Positions 1 through 12,691 are shown, counted from the first letter of the stretch. The stretch: DNA of 64,000 nucleotides from TPA_inf: Saccharomyces (GCA_000146045.2 BK006944.2:128001-192000); one strand, 5' to 3'. Notes: generated from the letters alone by a model not told the origin. Numbers and translations: made by a program.

Positions 1-2261
1 TTTGGAGCTCACCGGATGCAATATTGACTCAAAACAAACTTCGAAGAGATAGTTTTTCGCAAGAGAACAGTGATTCGTTAAGTCCAGAAGATTCTATTTT
101 ATCAAGAAATTTGCATTCTAAGGTCAAACCCATCCCTCTGCCCAGAAACAGCCAGCAAATATTTACACCCCTGTCCAACTTAGAAGCGGAAAGGAGATCC
201 TCATATACAACTAGTAGCAACAACAATAGCATAACACAGAATAATAAATTCTCTTTTGCGAAGTTAAAGTATTCACTTCCAACTCAAAGTTCTGCAGTTC
301 CTGCGTCGTTCGATTCAAATGCTTCGTCACTAAATTTTCTTCCGACTACTACATTATCGACCTTATCAGAGCTACAAATAAGCCCCAACGATATGATGGA
401 TTTGATTCAGAAGCTTCCCAGAAATTTTTTGAACTTGCCGTATACTCAAAGGAAAAAGGTGATTATCGAGCATGCACCATCTCATGACTACAAGGCCATG
501 ATGTCCCTAGTTAAGAAGTTTATGTTAACATCTTCTAGAAGTAACTTTTCTCTCGCTGGGTTTGCCAATAATGCTTCAGTTTCGCAGGCCACGGCTAATG
601 ATGATAACATCAATAGTAGGAACACGCCCAATAATAGCAATGACACCTACGTAAATACGCGTCCACTTCAAAGATCTAGGCACGGTTCCATTGCATCCCA
701 ATTTTTAAGTTCTTTTTCACCTTCGATGACGTCAATAGCTAAAATGAATTCGAACCCATTGAGTGGAAGCGCAGGTGGCAGTGCGAGACCAGACGATAAG
801 GGTATGGAAATACTAGGTCATCGGTTGGGTAAAATCATAGGTTTCGGCGCATGGGGGATCATACGGGAATGCTTTGATATTGAAACTGGTGTTGGTAGAG
901 TGATAAAAATTGTGAAGTTCAAAGGACACCAAAATATCAAGAAACATGTGCTGAGAGAAGTAGCCATATGGAGGACTTTGAAGCATAACAGAATACTCCC
1001 CCTTTTAGATTGGAAGCTTGATGACAACTATGCAATGTATTGTTTAACGGAAAGAATTAACGATGGTACCTTATACGACTTGGTAATATCTTGGGACGAA
1101 TTCAAACGTTCGAAGATACCATTTGCAGAGAGATGCAGATTGACCATTTTTTTAAGCTTACAACTATTATCTGCATTAAAGTACATGCATTCCAAAACGA
1201 TTGTTCATGGTGACATCAAATTAGAAAACTGTCTGTTACAAAAAGAAGGTAAAAAATCGGATTGGAAGGTTTTCCTATGCGATTTTGGAATGAGTTGCCA
1301 CTTCGATGAGAAGCATGTTTATCGTAACGATACTTTTGATGAAAACTTGAGTAGTGGCAACAGCCATAGAAAGAGAAAAAGTATTGAACAAACTAATTTG
1401 ATAAAGTATCCCACAACCAATTTTTTACCTGACGACCGAACTAATGATTTTGACGCTAGTGAAAACTTAAAATACCAATTTGAAAATCGAAAGCATCAAC
1501 CGTTTACACCAAAAGGAATGGTTAGCTCCAGTTCACATTCATTAAAGCATCTCAATCAACCATCCTCTTCTTCTTCTTCTAATCTATTTCACAAGCCAGC
1601 CTCTCAACCTCAACCACAGCATCGGAGTCCCTTTCATGGGAGGCACAAGACAACCGATTTTTCAAACCTGGAACCCGAACCTTCTAAATATATCGGATCT
1701 CTGCCTTACGCTTCGCCAGAACTTCTAAGATACTCAGATGCAAGACGTTCAAAATCAGTTGAAATGCATATTTATGATTCACCAGACTCCTCTCAATCGG
1801 AAATTAGCGCAGCATCATCATCTTCCTCTAATTTATCTTCTCTATCATCCTCTACAAAGGCGTCCGCAGTCACGAATTCCGGTGTAACTACAAGTTCACC
1901 GTCTGGTTCATCGACTGATTTTCCATGTATTGTTTCTCCTTTAGGACCAGCATCCGATATTTGGGCCTTGGGAGTAATGCTATATACAATGTTAGTAGGA
2001 AAATTACCCTTTAATCATGAGTTCGAACCTAGGTTACGCTCTCTGATTAAAGTAGGCGAATTTGACCGATTTTCTTTAGCTCAGGTCTGTAAATTTGACA
2101 GGAAAAAAAATGAAGGAACGATTGGTCAAGGCTTGTATGACACAGTCATTGGATGTTTGACGATTGACTTGGATAAGAGGTGGAAATTGAAAAGGATTGA
2201 AGAAGTCCTTCAAAACGAAATGAACCTAAGCGAGGCCATTCACGATAATAATGGCTCATGA
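1..2261 (+). CDS. NNK1: Ser/Thr protein kinase Nnk1 (YKL171W). The 5' end is cut by the window edge; the C-terminal ~753 codons are present.
   Basis: The frame is open from nt 3 to the stop at 2259-2261; the track ORF 24..2261 begins at an internal TTG. Kinase motifs HGDIKLENCLL, DFGMS and ASPELL are present. The gene lies immediately left of MRPL38 and KKQ8, as on chr XI. Confidence 0.85.
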   Translation, partial: WSSPDAILTQNKLRRDSFSQENSDSLSPEDSILSRNLHSKVKPIPLPRNSQQIFTPLSNLEAERRSSYTTSSNNNSITQNNKFSFAKLKYSLPTQSSAVPASFDSNASSLNFLPTTTLSTLSELQISPNDMMDLIQKLPRNFLNLPYTQRKKVIIEHAPSHDYKAMMSLVKKFMLTSSRSNFSLAGFANNASVSQATANDDNINSRNTPNNSNDTYVNTRPLQRSRHGSIASQFLSSFSPSMTSIAKMNSNPLSGSAGGSARPDDKGMEILGHRLGKIIGFGAWGIIRECFDIETGVGRVIKIVKFKGHQNIKKHVLREVAIWRTLKHNRILPLLDWKLDDNYAMYCLTERINDGTLYDLVISWDEFKRSKIPFAERCRLTIFLSLQLLSALKYMHSKTIVHGDIKLENCLLQKEGKKSDWKVFLCDFGMSCHFDEKHVYRNDTFDENLSSGNSHRKRKSIEQTNLIKYPTTNFLPDDRTNDFDASENLKYQFENRKHQPFTPKGMVSSSSHSLKHLNQPSSSSSSNLFHKPASQPQPQHRSPFHGRHKTTDFSNLEPEPSKYIGSLPYASPELLRYSDARRSKSVEMHIYDSPDSSQSEISAASSSSSNLSSLSSSTKASAVTNSGVTTSSPSGSSTDFPCIVSPLGPASDIWALGVMLYTMLVGKLPFNHEFEPRLRSLIKVGEFDRFSLAQVCKFDRKKNEGTIGQGLYDTVIGCLTIDLDKRWKLKRIEEVLQNEMNLSEAIHDNNGS

Positions 2262-2624
2262 CTTATGATTAATGATATTGATTGCATTGAAAAAATACAT
2301 ACATTGTGCTTACTTTTTTTTCTCCCATTTTATAAATTATAACGAACTTCATAATTACTATTACGAAATATGTAAATAAGTATTTTTATCGCATATTTGA
2401 TGCCTCTATCACTTATTTGGCGCTATTCATTGCGACTCGTGCAACGTGCGAAAACTCAGAATATTTTTTTGAACAGCCTTAAATCATGTTGCTAAATGAC
2501 GGATGGAAGAAAAGGGACCTATAGAAGAGTTCGGATAAATTGTGAAGCGTGGATATTGGCATAGCGGATTTGTAGAACGGTGTGTCGTCAACCCTTTGAG
2601 ATCTGGATAAGCCATATTTTCTAA

Positions 2625-3050
<426 letters not shown>

Positions 3051-3287
3051 GAATAAAAGTACCCCCATTTTCCATTCATTAACGTTATAATCAAGGGACT
3101 GTAAACCAGCAAAAGAGCTTTGTCGTCATTATTTAATTAACCACCTGTATATATTGCTTAAATTTTAATGTATGACTTTAACTTTGAAAACGCATGAACG
3201 TGCTGCTGACGTTCTACTCATTGGAGTTGTATTCTTTTTCTTGTCTTATTCTATAATTGCATGCCGTGAATATTGTATACAAGATAT

Positions 3288-5492
3288 TTATGTGGAATCA
3301 TATATTAGGCAGCAATTCGTACTTTTCATCCACTGCATATCTAAAAGTTTGCCAACAGAAATCCTTTTTCTTGGTTCCCATTGAAAGATGCGATATAATG
3401 CGATTTTTCTATTTGTGGCCAACTCTGAGTTTACGTGCTTTAATTCTTCGAATACCCTAAACTGGTTTTTACGCTGCATTTCCTTGTAAAATTCATCATA
3501 AGACATATCTTTTTCTCTCGAAGCTACTTTCCAAAGATAATGCCCCAATATCATTGTTATATAAACAACGCCACAACTCCAACAGTCAATCAGTCTTGGA
3601 TCGTAATACTCCCCATCAACAAACTCTTCTGGAGCTACGTAAGGCTCTGATCCAATTATACCCTTTTGAGCATGAACCCTCCTTTCCCAAGCGGTTTGAA
3701 ATACAGAACTTGTACCGAAGTCACATATTTTCAATAGACCATGCGGATAAAAGAGAATATTTTCAGGTTTTAAATCACAATGAGCGATACCATGATCATG
3801 CATGAACTTAACACCATGAAGCAGTTGCTTCATGAAACAATCGGCTTCTAACGGATGTAATCGGCCCTTTAATTTCGACTTACCGACCAGCATACCATAA
3901 AGGTCACCAGCAGGGCAAAATTCCATTACTTCAATAAACGAAGAACTGTCTTCTAGAATATCAAATACGTTTAGAATATTGGGGGCTGGTTTTTTACCAT
4001 TTTTGTGGTAGTGGCTCAAGGAATGCCCAATAATAAACTCAGAGGTGATCTTTGTACAGAACTTCTCTAAATCACTGTCTGGTTTGGGTTTCAATTCTTT
4101 CACAGCATAGTATATGTATTTGCTATCATGATATGTTTCAAATGGGGGGGAGTCCTTTTCATTCCGTAGTCTGGCACACAGCTTAACTTCACCGTAAGCT
4201 CCAGCGCCAACGAGACCAACAGGATGGCCATAATTATCTTGAAAAGTAGGTGCTTGCTCGCCGATACACTCAGCCGGTTTTAGATTTTTTTCTTGCAAAT
4301 AATTTTGTAAACTTTTATGAATTCTGCTTGATAATGAATTAATCAACTTCAACTCATCACTGCCCAATGATGCGTCGGGATTCACTATTTTTAGATAATC
4401 TTCCCTTCCTTGCGTGGGCGAGCTGCGGTTGCTATCGTTAGGACTTTGACCGGTTCTTTTCTCATGGTTTGTCTGAGATTTTTCTACGTTTGGCAGAAGA
4501 GATAAAGCGTTTTCAATATCGCATTCATTTTTATGATGTTTGAATAGACCAGAAAGAGTAATACCTAATCTTGGTCTAGATAATGATCCCTGTCGATGTG
4601 CCGGTAAGGAGTTACCTTTCTCTAATTTCGCAATTACCCCTGATAACTTTATATTATGTTCATGACTTCCGTCTTCGTAAACTTTGAAGCCATTTTGCTC
4701 AATTATACATTGCACATCTGCTCCTGCAAATCGAGGCAAGCTCTCCAAACTTTCTTCATCTGGATGTGACCTCCTGGTGTATAACCTTTCATTATAGAAT
4801 TGCTTGGAGGGGAGAGGATTTGGATATGATGTTGCTCTGCGTAAAGCCTTCTTATTGTAGTCATCTATGTAATTATACGGCGCCCGGTCTTTACTTTTCA
4901 GTATATCTTTGTTCGAGCCACGATAAGGTGTGAGGTCATTGTCTGAATCATCTAGTAAAGAATCCATAGCCCATTGACTGTCTGATGAACTTGTCGTTCC
5001 ATTTGAACTGTCACATGACGAAACAGATGAACTTCTTGAACGTGGACGCCGTATGCCATGAAAAGTATGAGAAGCAGATCTTTTGTATTCTGGTAAACTG
5101 TTAACAATTTCCTGTTCTTCCCCAGATATAGAGCGATGTCTGGTAGGACTATTACTAGCACCACTTCCTGTCTGTCTAAATGGATGTGACAGGCCCGGGG
5201 TGCAACACTTCAATGTATAACTACGCTGGCGTATTGGAGAATTTTTTGGATCTAAAATTTGTGCGGATACGGTTGATCGTCTTGGTGGCTCAGAGCTTCT
5301 CTTGGGTGAGGTAGAAGACGATCGATAAGGAATTCGGGTGACATTAATAGGACTTGAATCTCTTGAACGAGGCGGCCTGAAAAGGTTTTTAAAGGACTCA
5401 GAAAATGACCTTACTCTTCTTGTCACAGGTTGTTGCCGCTTCTTCTCCTCCTGCATTACCATTGATGCTGTCAATGTTTTTGAGTCCATCAT
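3288..5492 (-). CDS. KKQ8: Ser/Thr protein kinase Kkq8 (Hal5 paralog). It is 734 aa from the first ATG pair, or 724 aa if initiation is at the in-frame ATG at 5462.
   Basis: Motifs [25 protein letters not shown] and APEE are present with a Ser/Arg-rich N-terminal half. Two adjacent ATGs lie at 5487-5492 and another ATG at codon 11. My memory of 724 aa favours the downstream start. Confidence 0.85.
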   Translation of the reverse strand: MMDSKTLTASMVMQEEKKRQQPVTRRVRSFSESFKNLFRPPRSRDSSPINVTRIPYRSSSTSPKRSSEPPRRSTVSAQILDPKNSPIRQRSYTLKCCTPGLSHPFRQTGSGASNSPTRHRSISGEEQEIVNSLPEYKRSASHTFHGIRRPRSRSSSVSSCDSSNGTTSSSDSQWAMDSLLDDSDNDLTPYRGSNKDILKSKDRAPYNYIDDYNKKALRRATSYPNPLPSKQFYNERLYTRRSHPDEESLESLPRFAGADVQCIIEQNGFKVYEDGSHEHNIKLSGVIAKLEKGNSLPAHRQGSLSRPRLGITLSGLFKHHKNECDIENALSLLPNVEKSQTNHEKRTGQSPNDSNRSSPTQGREDYLKIVNPDASLGSDELKLINSLSSRIHKSLQNYLQEKNLKPAECIGEQAPTFQDNYGHPVGLVGAGAYGEVKLCARLRNEKDSPPFETYHDSKYIYYAVKELKPKPDSDLEKFCTKITSEFIIGHSLSHYHKNGKKPAPNILNVFDILEDSSSFIEVMEFCPAGDLYGMLVGKSKLKGRLHPLEADCFMKQLLHGVKFMHDHGIAHCDLKPENILFYPHGLLKICDFGTSSVFQTAWERRVHAQKGIIGSEPYVAPEEFVDGEYYDPRLIDCWSCGVVYITMILGHYLWKVASREKDMSYDEFYKEMQRKNQFRVFEELKHVNSELATNRKIALYRIFQWEPRKRISVGKLLDMQWMKSTNCCLIYDST

Positions 5493-5720
5493 GCAATTAA
5501 ACTAGCTAGTTGAAGTGAAAATGAAATTTCCTTATTTTCCACAAGAAATACGCGGAGGGCAAAAAAAGGGACCCAAGGGCTGACAATATTCAGCACAATC
5601 CTACTTATTGTACTCTAAATTATATACTTATATGCCCCATAAGTGAGTTTTGAATTTACATATTTCCATGAAGGGCAATGTTTTTTGATATATACATGAA
5701 CAAACTTATCGAGAGAAAGC

Positions 5721-6134
5721 TTATATAATACTTTCTTGCGGTCCAACTCTTATGATCTCATTTTCAGGAAGAGGAACGTGCTCTATTTTGTCAAGTAAGT
5801 CTTTCATTATATCTTCATGCATTTTATTACGCATATCAATAGTCTCTACAACGGAGCCTTCATGAGATAAAATCTCCAGTTTGCATGGAACGCTTTTTTG
5901 CTTGTCTTCGTTCTTTATCCTTATCACGTCAAACTTCATTCTTGGATTATAGAACTGCAAAGTGGGTAGGTAGTTATGCCAAAAAACTCTGGCACCCATA
6001 TGTCCATTGTGGTTTTTCGTTTGAAAAGTCAATCTAAGACCTGAGTATTTTTTAGGATCGACTAGAATCTGCGGTAGTCTGGTAGTGGCGCTAATTTTAT
6101 TCAAAAATTTTAACTGTTGTGCAACCTTAGACAT
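5721..6134 (-). CDS. MRP49: Mitochondrial ribosomal protein Mrp49, 137 aa
   Basis: A 137-aa minus-strand ORF sits between KKQ8 and TPK3. Its length and position match YKL167C. Confidence 0.8.
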   Translation of the reverse strand: MSKVAQQLKFLNKISATTRLPQILVDPKKYSGLRLTFQTKNHNGHMGARVFWHNYLPTLQFYNPRMKFDVIRIKNEDKQKSVPCKLEILSHEGSVVETIDMRNKMHEDIMKDLLDKIEHVPLPENEIIRVGPQESII

Positions 6135-6508
6135 CTTCTTATTGTAGCAGGCTCACTTATGTTATACTGTTCTTCTATTAATGAGTTTTATGGCCGATTC
6201 TTACAGATATCCTGTTTTCCCTGGGTGAAAAGTCCTAGATCACTTTGAACGTCCCAGTCTTCTGAGGACGCAAATGTAGTCACAATATGGCGTATATGAA
6301 TGCTCCTTTATTTATCTGTATACACCTCTATTGAATAGACGTACGTAGATATATACATGTACATATATGCATGTGTCACTTTTTTATCATGGCCCTGTTA
6401 GACTCACCAAGAATCTATAACCAGGTTTGTTTGTGCTTTTTCTTGTTCTTGTTTTTACTTTTATTGATTTTTTTTTTTTTTCAATTACAATTATCCCACT
6501 GAACCTCC

Positions 6509-7705
6509 TTAAAATTCTTTCATTAAATCCATATATGGATCCTCCCCTTGAATTCCATAGTTGAATTCCTCTTCAGGGTATCTGTCAAATTGAGAAGTGT
6601 CACCTTGGCCCTGTTGGATTGGTGGTTCGTACGGCGTTTCTATGTATCTTGCTAACAATTTCTCCCATATCACTTCGTTAAACCACGGATGGTTCTTGAC
6701 ATCTTCACTTCCATTTTGTAAGTTACCCAACCTTTCACTTAAGTCTCTGGTAATTAGCTTCTTCAATAAGTCCTGCGCGTCTGGATGGAAAAATGGTGGG
6801 AACTTCAATTCGGCGTTCAGTATATTTTCGTAAGTTTTCATGGTGTTCGAATTGTAAAATGGAGTGTATCCGGCAAGCATTTCATAGATTAGCACACCAA
6901 AACTCCACCAATCCACTGATTTATTATACGGTTTTGTACTGACCACTTCCGGCGCTATGTAATCTGGTGTGCCACATAATGTGTATGTGACATCGGGAAC
7001 GTATTTTGCGAAGCCAAAGTCGGTTATCTTGATATGGCCGTTTTTATCTAGAAGGATATTTTCTGGTTTCAAGTCTCTATATATTATATCCTTACTGTGC
7101 AAATATTCCAACGCTAAGCATACCTCTGCGGCATAAAATTTGGCTACTGGGTTGGGAAATCTTTGAGATTTACGTAGTAAAGAAAATAATTCACCACCTT
7201 CAATGTAGTCCATTACCATGAAAACTTGCTGAGAATCTTGGAACGTTCCCCACATTCGAATGATGAATGGATGTGAAACAATTGAAAGCATTCGGCGTTC
7301 GTCATTGGTGTGTTCAACCTGCTTCAGCTTCACTATAGTGTGCTTTTTCAATGTCTTCAAAGCGTAAAACCTCCCATTGTGATTGGAACGAATTAGGTGA
7401 ACTCTCCCAAATGAGCCAGTTCCCAAAGTTCTTAAAATCTGAAAGTCACTTAGGGAATACTTTCCTGAGGTATCTCTATATTGTAGCATTGGTTTTTTAA
7501 CCAAACAAATACCTGCAGACGCTTCTTCTTTCAACTTTCCGCTGTTTCTTCCATTTATCTCCACGGGTGTGTTGGAAGAACATTCCTCATGCACCGAATG
7601 TGCGTTTACAGGAATGTCTTGTCCAACGTTATCTGGAGTTGTTTCTGTCTTGGCAGTAATGCTTAATTTCCTGATTTCATTGTTGTTCATCGGATCAACA
7701 TACAT
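6509..7705 (-). CDS. TPK3: cAMP-dependent protein kinase catalytic subunit Tpk3, 398 aa
   Basis: PKA motifs [36 protein letters not shown] and the C-terminal FxxF are present. The track ORF extends 10 codons further to a TTG at 7735; the first real ATG is at 7703-7705 ([10 protein letters not shown]). Confidence 0.92.
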   Translation of the reverse strand: MYVDPMNNNEIRKLSITAKTETTPDNVGQDIPVNAHSVHEECSSNTPVEINGRNSGKLKEEASAGICLVKKPMLQYRDTSGKYSLSDFQILRTLGTGSFGRVHLIRSNHNGRFYALKTLKKHTIVKLKQVEHTNDERRMLSIVSHPFIIRMWGTFQDSQQVFMVMDYIEGGELFSLLRKSQRFPNPVAKFYAAEVCLALEYLHSKDIIYRDLKPENILLDKNGHIKITDFGFAKYVPDVTYTLCGTPDYIAPEVVSTKPYNKSVDWWSFGVLIYEMLAGYTPFYNSNTMKTYENILNAELKFPPFFHPDAQDLLKKLITRDLSERLGNLQNGSEDVKNHPWFNEVIWEKLLARYIETPYEPPIQQGQGDTSQFDRYPEEEFNYGIQGEDPYMDLMKEF

Positions 7706-8102
7706 TTTGTGCAGGCTCGCTCTTTCCTTGTACAACCACCGATATACAATATGATTAATGTATTATTCAATAATATACGTGAAACTTTCTTATTGCTTAA
7801 AGAGTGATCGCCTATAAATTTTCTCCGACGACTGCACAAAGTGTCTCGTATGTCCACTCGAGTTTCTTACCGATAGAAGTAATAAAGCAGACAAAACTTT
7901 TAAGATCAGCTGGTAAAAAGTGTCTTTTCTTTCCATATTCTCATTGAACACAACTTTATTTTTCAATGGCATCGAAGAAATCCCGTAGCTGAAGCAACGG
8001 AAAAAAAATACCGGAAACTGCATAATGAGGCTATTCACTAAAAAGAAAGTGGTTCACCAGTATGCGTCGGAAACGTCATATAAATCTATATATGTATATG
8101 TA

Positions 8103-8127
8103 CATATATATATATATATATATATAT
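8103..8127. repeat. (TA)n dinucleotide microsatellite, about 12 units, in the TPK3 upstream region
   Basis: A direct tatatatatatatatatatatata run is read at about 8103-8127. Confidence 0.7.
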
Positions 8128-9931
8128 TAGTGAGTATTTTAATGTATATCAAGTTTTGATAAAGATTGCAACTTGGCTTGAAATAAACGCATTTTTGCGC
8201 ACCAGAGAGTATCTGAAACGTTGACGCAATTTTGCAAAAATGCATAGTCGCTTTTCTTCAGACCTTCCTAAATCACTCGTACCTGGAACGACTTTTTGAA
8301 GAATGAAGTCGTTGTCCTCTTGAAAAAAATAGTAAATGATACGGTTGATCGGCCGGTGGCCACCGTCGTGACAAACCTAGGAACTCAATTAGGACCATGG
8401 CATATAAGTATATGTGGTCCAAGCTTCGCTGTGTAGGCCGTAATTTTGCCGGCATTTACTATATTGTTGACGAATAAGTGATAGATTTGCCATATTTATC
8501 CCTCCTAAAGCTCGGTAAAGGGAACTATCTGAGATGGATAGCTTGAAGAAAAAAAAATACTTGCTGATGGACCTCCATGTACAACTTTTGAAATAGTTGG
8601 GACATTAAATGGAGTATGGTATGCGGTTATAAAAGTAACTCCCCGAAGCTCACTTAGAGAAGAAATTGTCTTGCTAAGGTAATAGATCTTGGAAAGTTTA
8701 AACAATCGTCAATTTTTTCGCTCCTTAAGCAATTGATGTTGTTGCGTTATTTTCTGGCAACGACGACTGGCAGGTCATAGAGACCTACCCAAACCAATAA
8801 AGTCTCAAAAATTCCACTTTTCATCAAAAACTAAGGAATTAGTCTTCCTGCGGGCAGTGAATGCTTTTATCGTTATGACTTTAGTGCAAATTGTAGATAT
8901 TTCGAATGCTTTTTGCATTTAAAAATGAAAATCTATGGCCATTTCTTGTTTTAAACTCATTGAACTTTCAAGGTAAATTCACGAGCAATATATTGGCATT
9001 GTCACCACGCTACAATTCGGTAAGTTTCTCGATTCAAACTAGTAAATACAACTATTGGAAGGGCACCCGGTGCTAAGGCGAGAAAACTGCTGATTGTGTA
9101 CATTATTAGGTGTGATTAGGAAAAATGAACGCGAATAGTAATTTATTTCAAAGATGTGCTTTTTTTTTTCGCTGTATAGCTGTTACAAGACCTGCTATTA
9201 AAAAATTCACTAGCAAAAATTGCTAGTATAAAGCTATTGAAGTACTTGATGAGTTTAAATTTTTCCTTGCCGCCATTTCTTTCGACAGGAGTACTTTATC
9301 GAAAAGATAAAGGCAAAAGTTATATATTTTTAAAAACGCTCCAAATGGATAGTACTTAGACAAAGCTCAAGTAATGTATTCCTTAATGTGTCAAAATTGG
9401 CCACTATGGTTGTGATTATATTTGAATTAAACTCGTGAGAGTGTTGAAGTATTCAATTCAGTATCATTAAATGCCTCTTTTGTTTGTTAGTTCGAAAATG
9501 AGAAATTGAGACATAAAATACTGTCTTCAAACAATCGGAAAATAACACATTGATTTACCATCACAGAAGATTTTTACCTCAGTACAGTGTCGGTGGCCAA
9601 CGTGTAAAGACTTCTTATATATCCGAATTTTTTTCTTTTCAGATTTATTTTTTAGAATGAATTCCAAGACCTTGATTCCCTTATTCTTTTCTCCGCAATA
9701 GTTGCCTACTAACTGGGCATAACTTAAAAGAAGCAGATAATAAGATAACCGGAAAAAACAGGAACATTTTCTTTGATACATTTCTACTAACTTGAATAAG
9801 GTTATAGGTTAGTATTTCCCCTTGATTTTGCCTCCTTTGAGGCATTTATAGAATTATTCAACAGGTAGATTGCCCCTGTCTTTCTTAATATACATATAGG
9901 AAAATATATACATAGCGGTGGGTATGTGAAT

Positions 9932-12691
9932 CTATTGTGTTTTTTTGGTTTTATCCTGTATGATGACATTTTTTAGCAACACATGACCGAGTACTTCCAA
10001 AATAAGCATGAACAAAGATGATAGGATCGCCAAACAATAGTTGGAAATGGTTATGCCAATATCCAACCACGACCCCTCCGTTCTTAAAAGGTAGAAAAAA
10101 TTCAACGACAGAATATCACTCATGGAAATAATTAATGATGAGATTGTGTAGTCCTTGAAGTTAAGTTTTAAATTCAGTATACCTAGGCATGTGGACAATA
10201 GCCCGTAGGGAATTATCAATTTCAACATCAATAATGCGCCCATCAGGAAAGGATCAAAAATTGGCAACAATCTACAAACAGACTCCAATGAAAATGAAGA
10301 GATTGAAGCGACGTTACCAGTTCCAAAGAATGCGACTTGAAGTAAAAAGAACCCGATTACTGAAACTCTTAGCACTTGTAACCAATTTTCATCTTTTTGG
10401 GTCTTCATTTCTTTGATTTTGTTCTCAATTTCAATCCATTGTACCATGTAACTAGTGAACAAGAAGTAGAAAAGGGATTCGAATGATATAGTCAAAATGA
10501 TAAAGGATGGTGCGAAGGTTAAATAAATGATCAATAATCTCACTTTGTAATCATTGTTGGGCTTCCTATAATGTAAAATTGGCATTACAAAAAGAGATAC
10601 AAAAAAAATTATCCATCCAGCGACCTGTGACTCTCTTGGTAACCCTTGTCTTAGCTGTAAAGAGATAACTGAACGATGAGTAACCGCCAACATGGCAGCC
10701 ACCAAGGAAATTTGAATGGCAAATATAGCACGCGTGTAGGAATTTATCCTGGAATGTATTTTGTAAAGAGCATAAAAGGCACTGAGAATGATTAATAACC
10801 CTGCTAGATGTATCTGGTTCAAGTCCTCAATTTTAACAGCGTCAAATAAGGTAAATGTAGATAAAAGAACACTAGTTATGATCCACAATATATTCACGGA
10901 TAGCTCTCTCACCCCACAAATAAACGGGTAAAACGCCAATATATTTGTAATTAGCGTAAACGTCCATCTATGGAAAAATCCATATACAATTCCCTCATAA
11001 ACTGATATAATAGAGATTGTTATTAAAACTCTTTTCCAAGGAGAGGTACCTTTGAAGAATTCCTTGATACCTGAACGTAGTACGGATCTATTTGTAAAAA
11101 TATAGCTCCAAAAGTATAATGGGAAAAGAAGGTACATGTAAAAATTGAACGGAGAATGTTGGTAGAACAAAATCCAATTTAGTAAAATTCCTATGGAACC
11201 AAATACTGCATGGCTTAATGGTGACGCTTTTTGGTCATCAATTACATTCTCTAATATGAATGATTTCAAAAATATTATAAAAGAAAAAAAGATCCACCCA
11301 ACAAACCCAAATGTAACAATAGTTCTAATGAATCTCCAATTATAGGTTGTCAAATAATGTAAACCTTCCAATGTTATCTGCATTAATTCCTCTGTAAGGG
11401 TGATTGCTTCTTGTTCCAAATAGTTTTCTCCTTCAGATATACGCTGAATTAAGGTTTCTATCTCTTCTAAGTAATGTGAATGAGACTTTTCAACAAACTT
11501 GAAGTATTCCTTATAAAAAAATTGAGAGTCTATTACCTCATCTTGCTTGACTAAGTACTGCTCTAAAATGCTTCTTGCGTTGTTGTACAATGCGGCAAGC
11601 TTGTCACTTTCTTTTCCATCGATATATGCTATTGGTAACTCACCAACTGAATTTTTAGGATAGTTCACACCAATCAAGTATGACATTAAAGAAGCAATAT
11701 CTGCTTGCTTGACATCATTTCTTTTAATGCTCGAAAGCTCCCAATTTTCAGTATAGTTGTCGGATACCGGAAAAGGATTATGTACTGGTTTATTCAAACC
11801 CGCACCCCAAGCAACAAGAGGGGTCCTTGTGTTGTTAGGATGACCGTCACCATGTGATCCAAATGCACTCATACCATGATCTGCTGTAAAAATAAATGCG
11901 GTTTTGTCGTCCGCAAAAAACTTGTTGACTTTGTCTATAAGGATAGGGATTTGATCATCAATATATTTGACATTGTCATAATACTCGGCAGAATATGGTC
12001 TATAAGAATGTCCGGCAGTATCGCAACCTAGTAGATGTAGAAAGAATACATTACCGTCTTGCCTAATTTCATAATCCAATGTTGAGTTCAGTGTGGAATT
12101 GTGGAATAATTGATCCAAGTGTCTAAAGACAAAAGCATCCAGCTCGATGGAAGATTGCGTAAAATCCTCGAAAGTATGATCATACATCCAAGTGTCAACT
12201 TTATTTGGGTCAGAAGCGCCATCTTTGAACATAGGTAAAATGTCAGGTGAACCGAATGAATAAGTATGAGTAGATTGGTTGAAAAAACTATCGAAATTGA
12301 CAGGGTTTGACTTCCAACCTTTTGTGACGGCACTAACATCTTCGTAAAACCCAGCAATCATAGCAACATGACCAGGACGGGATTCAGTTGGCATTCTGGT
12401 ATGTGATATACCGTAGGTGGCATTATTCATTACCAAAGATCTAATAAAAGGTGCCAGAAATTCTGTTTTTCCGGATACTGGATGAGTGACTTTATCAAAA
12501 GTGGTATCTGCACGTAAACCATCACCGACAATCAAAAACAATCTCTTTGCAGGAGGGGTTGGAGTACTTTGATATGGGCTCATACCATGAACGAGCGGTG
12601 AAATGAAATAGATATCAAAAATAGACCATAGGTAAAATAAATGAAATAAGACACCAACAGCCAGAAGCGTCGTTCTGGTTTTGTTCCACAT
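9932..12691 (-). CDS. MCD4: GPI ethanolamine-phosphate transferase Mcd4 (PigN family), 919 aa
   Basis: The N-terminal lumenal alkaline-phosphatase/sulfatase-like domain (GDGLRAD ... HLLGCDTAGH ... TADHGM) is followed by more than 10 hydrophobic transmembrane segments. Its 919 aa matches Mcd4. Confidence 0.92.
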   Translation of the reverse strand: MWNKTRTTLLAVGVLFHLFYLWSIFDIYFISPLVHGMSPYQSTPTPPAKRLFLIVGDGLRADTTFDKVTHPVSGKTEFLAPFIRSLVMNNATYGISHTRMPTESRPGHVAMIAGFYEDVSAVTKGWKSNPVNFDSFFNQSTHTYSFGSPDILPMFKDGASDPNKVDTWMYDHTFEDFTQSSIELDAFVFRHLDQLFHNSTLNSTLDYEIRQDGNVFFLHLLGCDTAGHSYRPYSAEYYDNVKYIDDQIPILIDKVNKFFADDKTAFIFTADHGMSAFGSHGDGHPNNTRTPLVAWGAGLNKPVHNPFPVSDNYTENWELSSIKRNDVKQADIASLMSYLIGVNYPKNSVGELPIAYIDGKESDKLAALYNNARSILEQYLVKQDEVIDSQFFYKEYFKFVEKSHSHYLEEIETLIQRISEGENYLEQEAITLTEELMQITLEGLHYLTTYNWRFIRTIVTFGFVGWIFFSFIIFLKSFILENVIDDQKASPLSHAVFGSIGILLNWILFYQHSPFNFYMYLLFPLYFWSYIFTNRSVLRSGIKEFFKGTSPWKRVLITISIISVYEGIVYGFFHRWTFTLITNILAFYPFICGVRELSVNILWIITSVLLSTFTLFDAVKIEDLNQIHLAGLLIILSAFYALYKIHSRINSYTRAIFAIQISLVAAMLAVTHRSVISLQLRQGLPRESQVAGWIIFFVSLFVMPILHYRKPNNDYKVRLLIIYLTFAPSFIILTISFESLFYFLFTSYMVQWIEIENKIKEMKTQKDENWLQVLRVSVIGFFLLQVAFFGTGNVASISSFSLESVCRLLPIFDPFLMGALLMLKLIIPYGLLSTCLGILNLKLNFKDYTISSLIISMSDILSLNFFYLLRTEGSWLDIGITISNYCLAILSSLFMLILEVLGHVLLKNVIIQDKTKKTQ

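Noticed and set aside
7706-7735. Upstream in-frame 'M' extensions in the track for TPK3, DBR1 (40835), AVT3 (43726), CTK1 (54805), HSK3 (57057), OCT1 (63469), APE2 exon 1 (26982) and APE2 exon 2 (27617)
   Set aside because: Checking the nucleotides shows these 'M' positions are TTG, GTG or CTG. The first ATG restores the known protein lengths.
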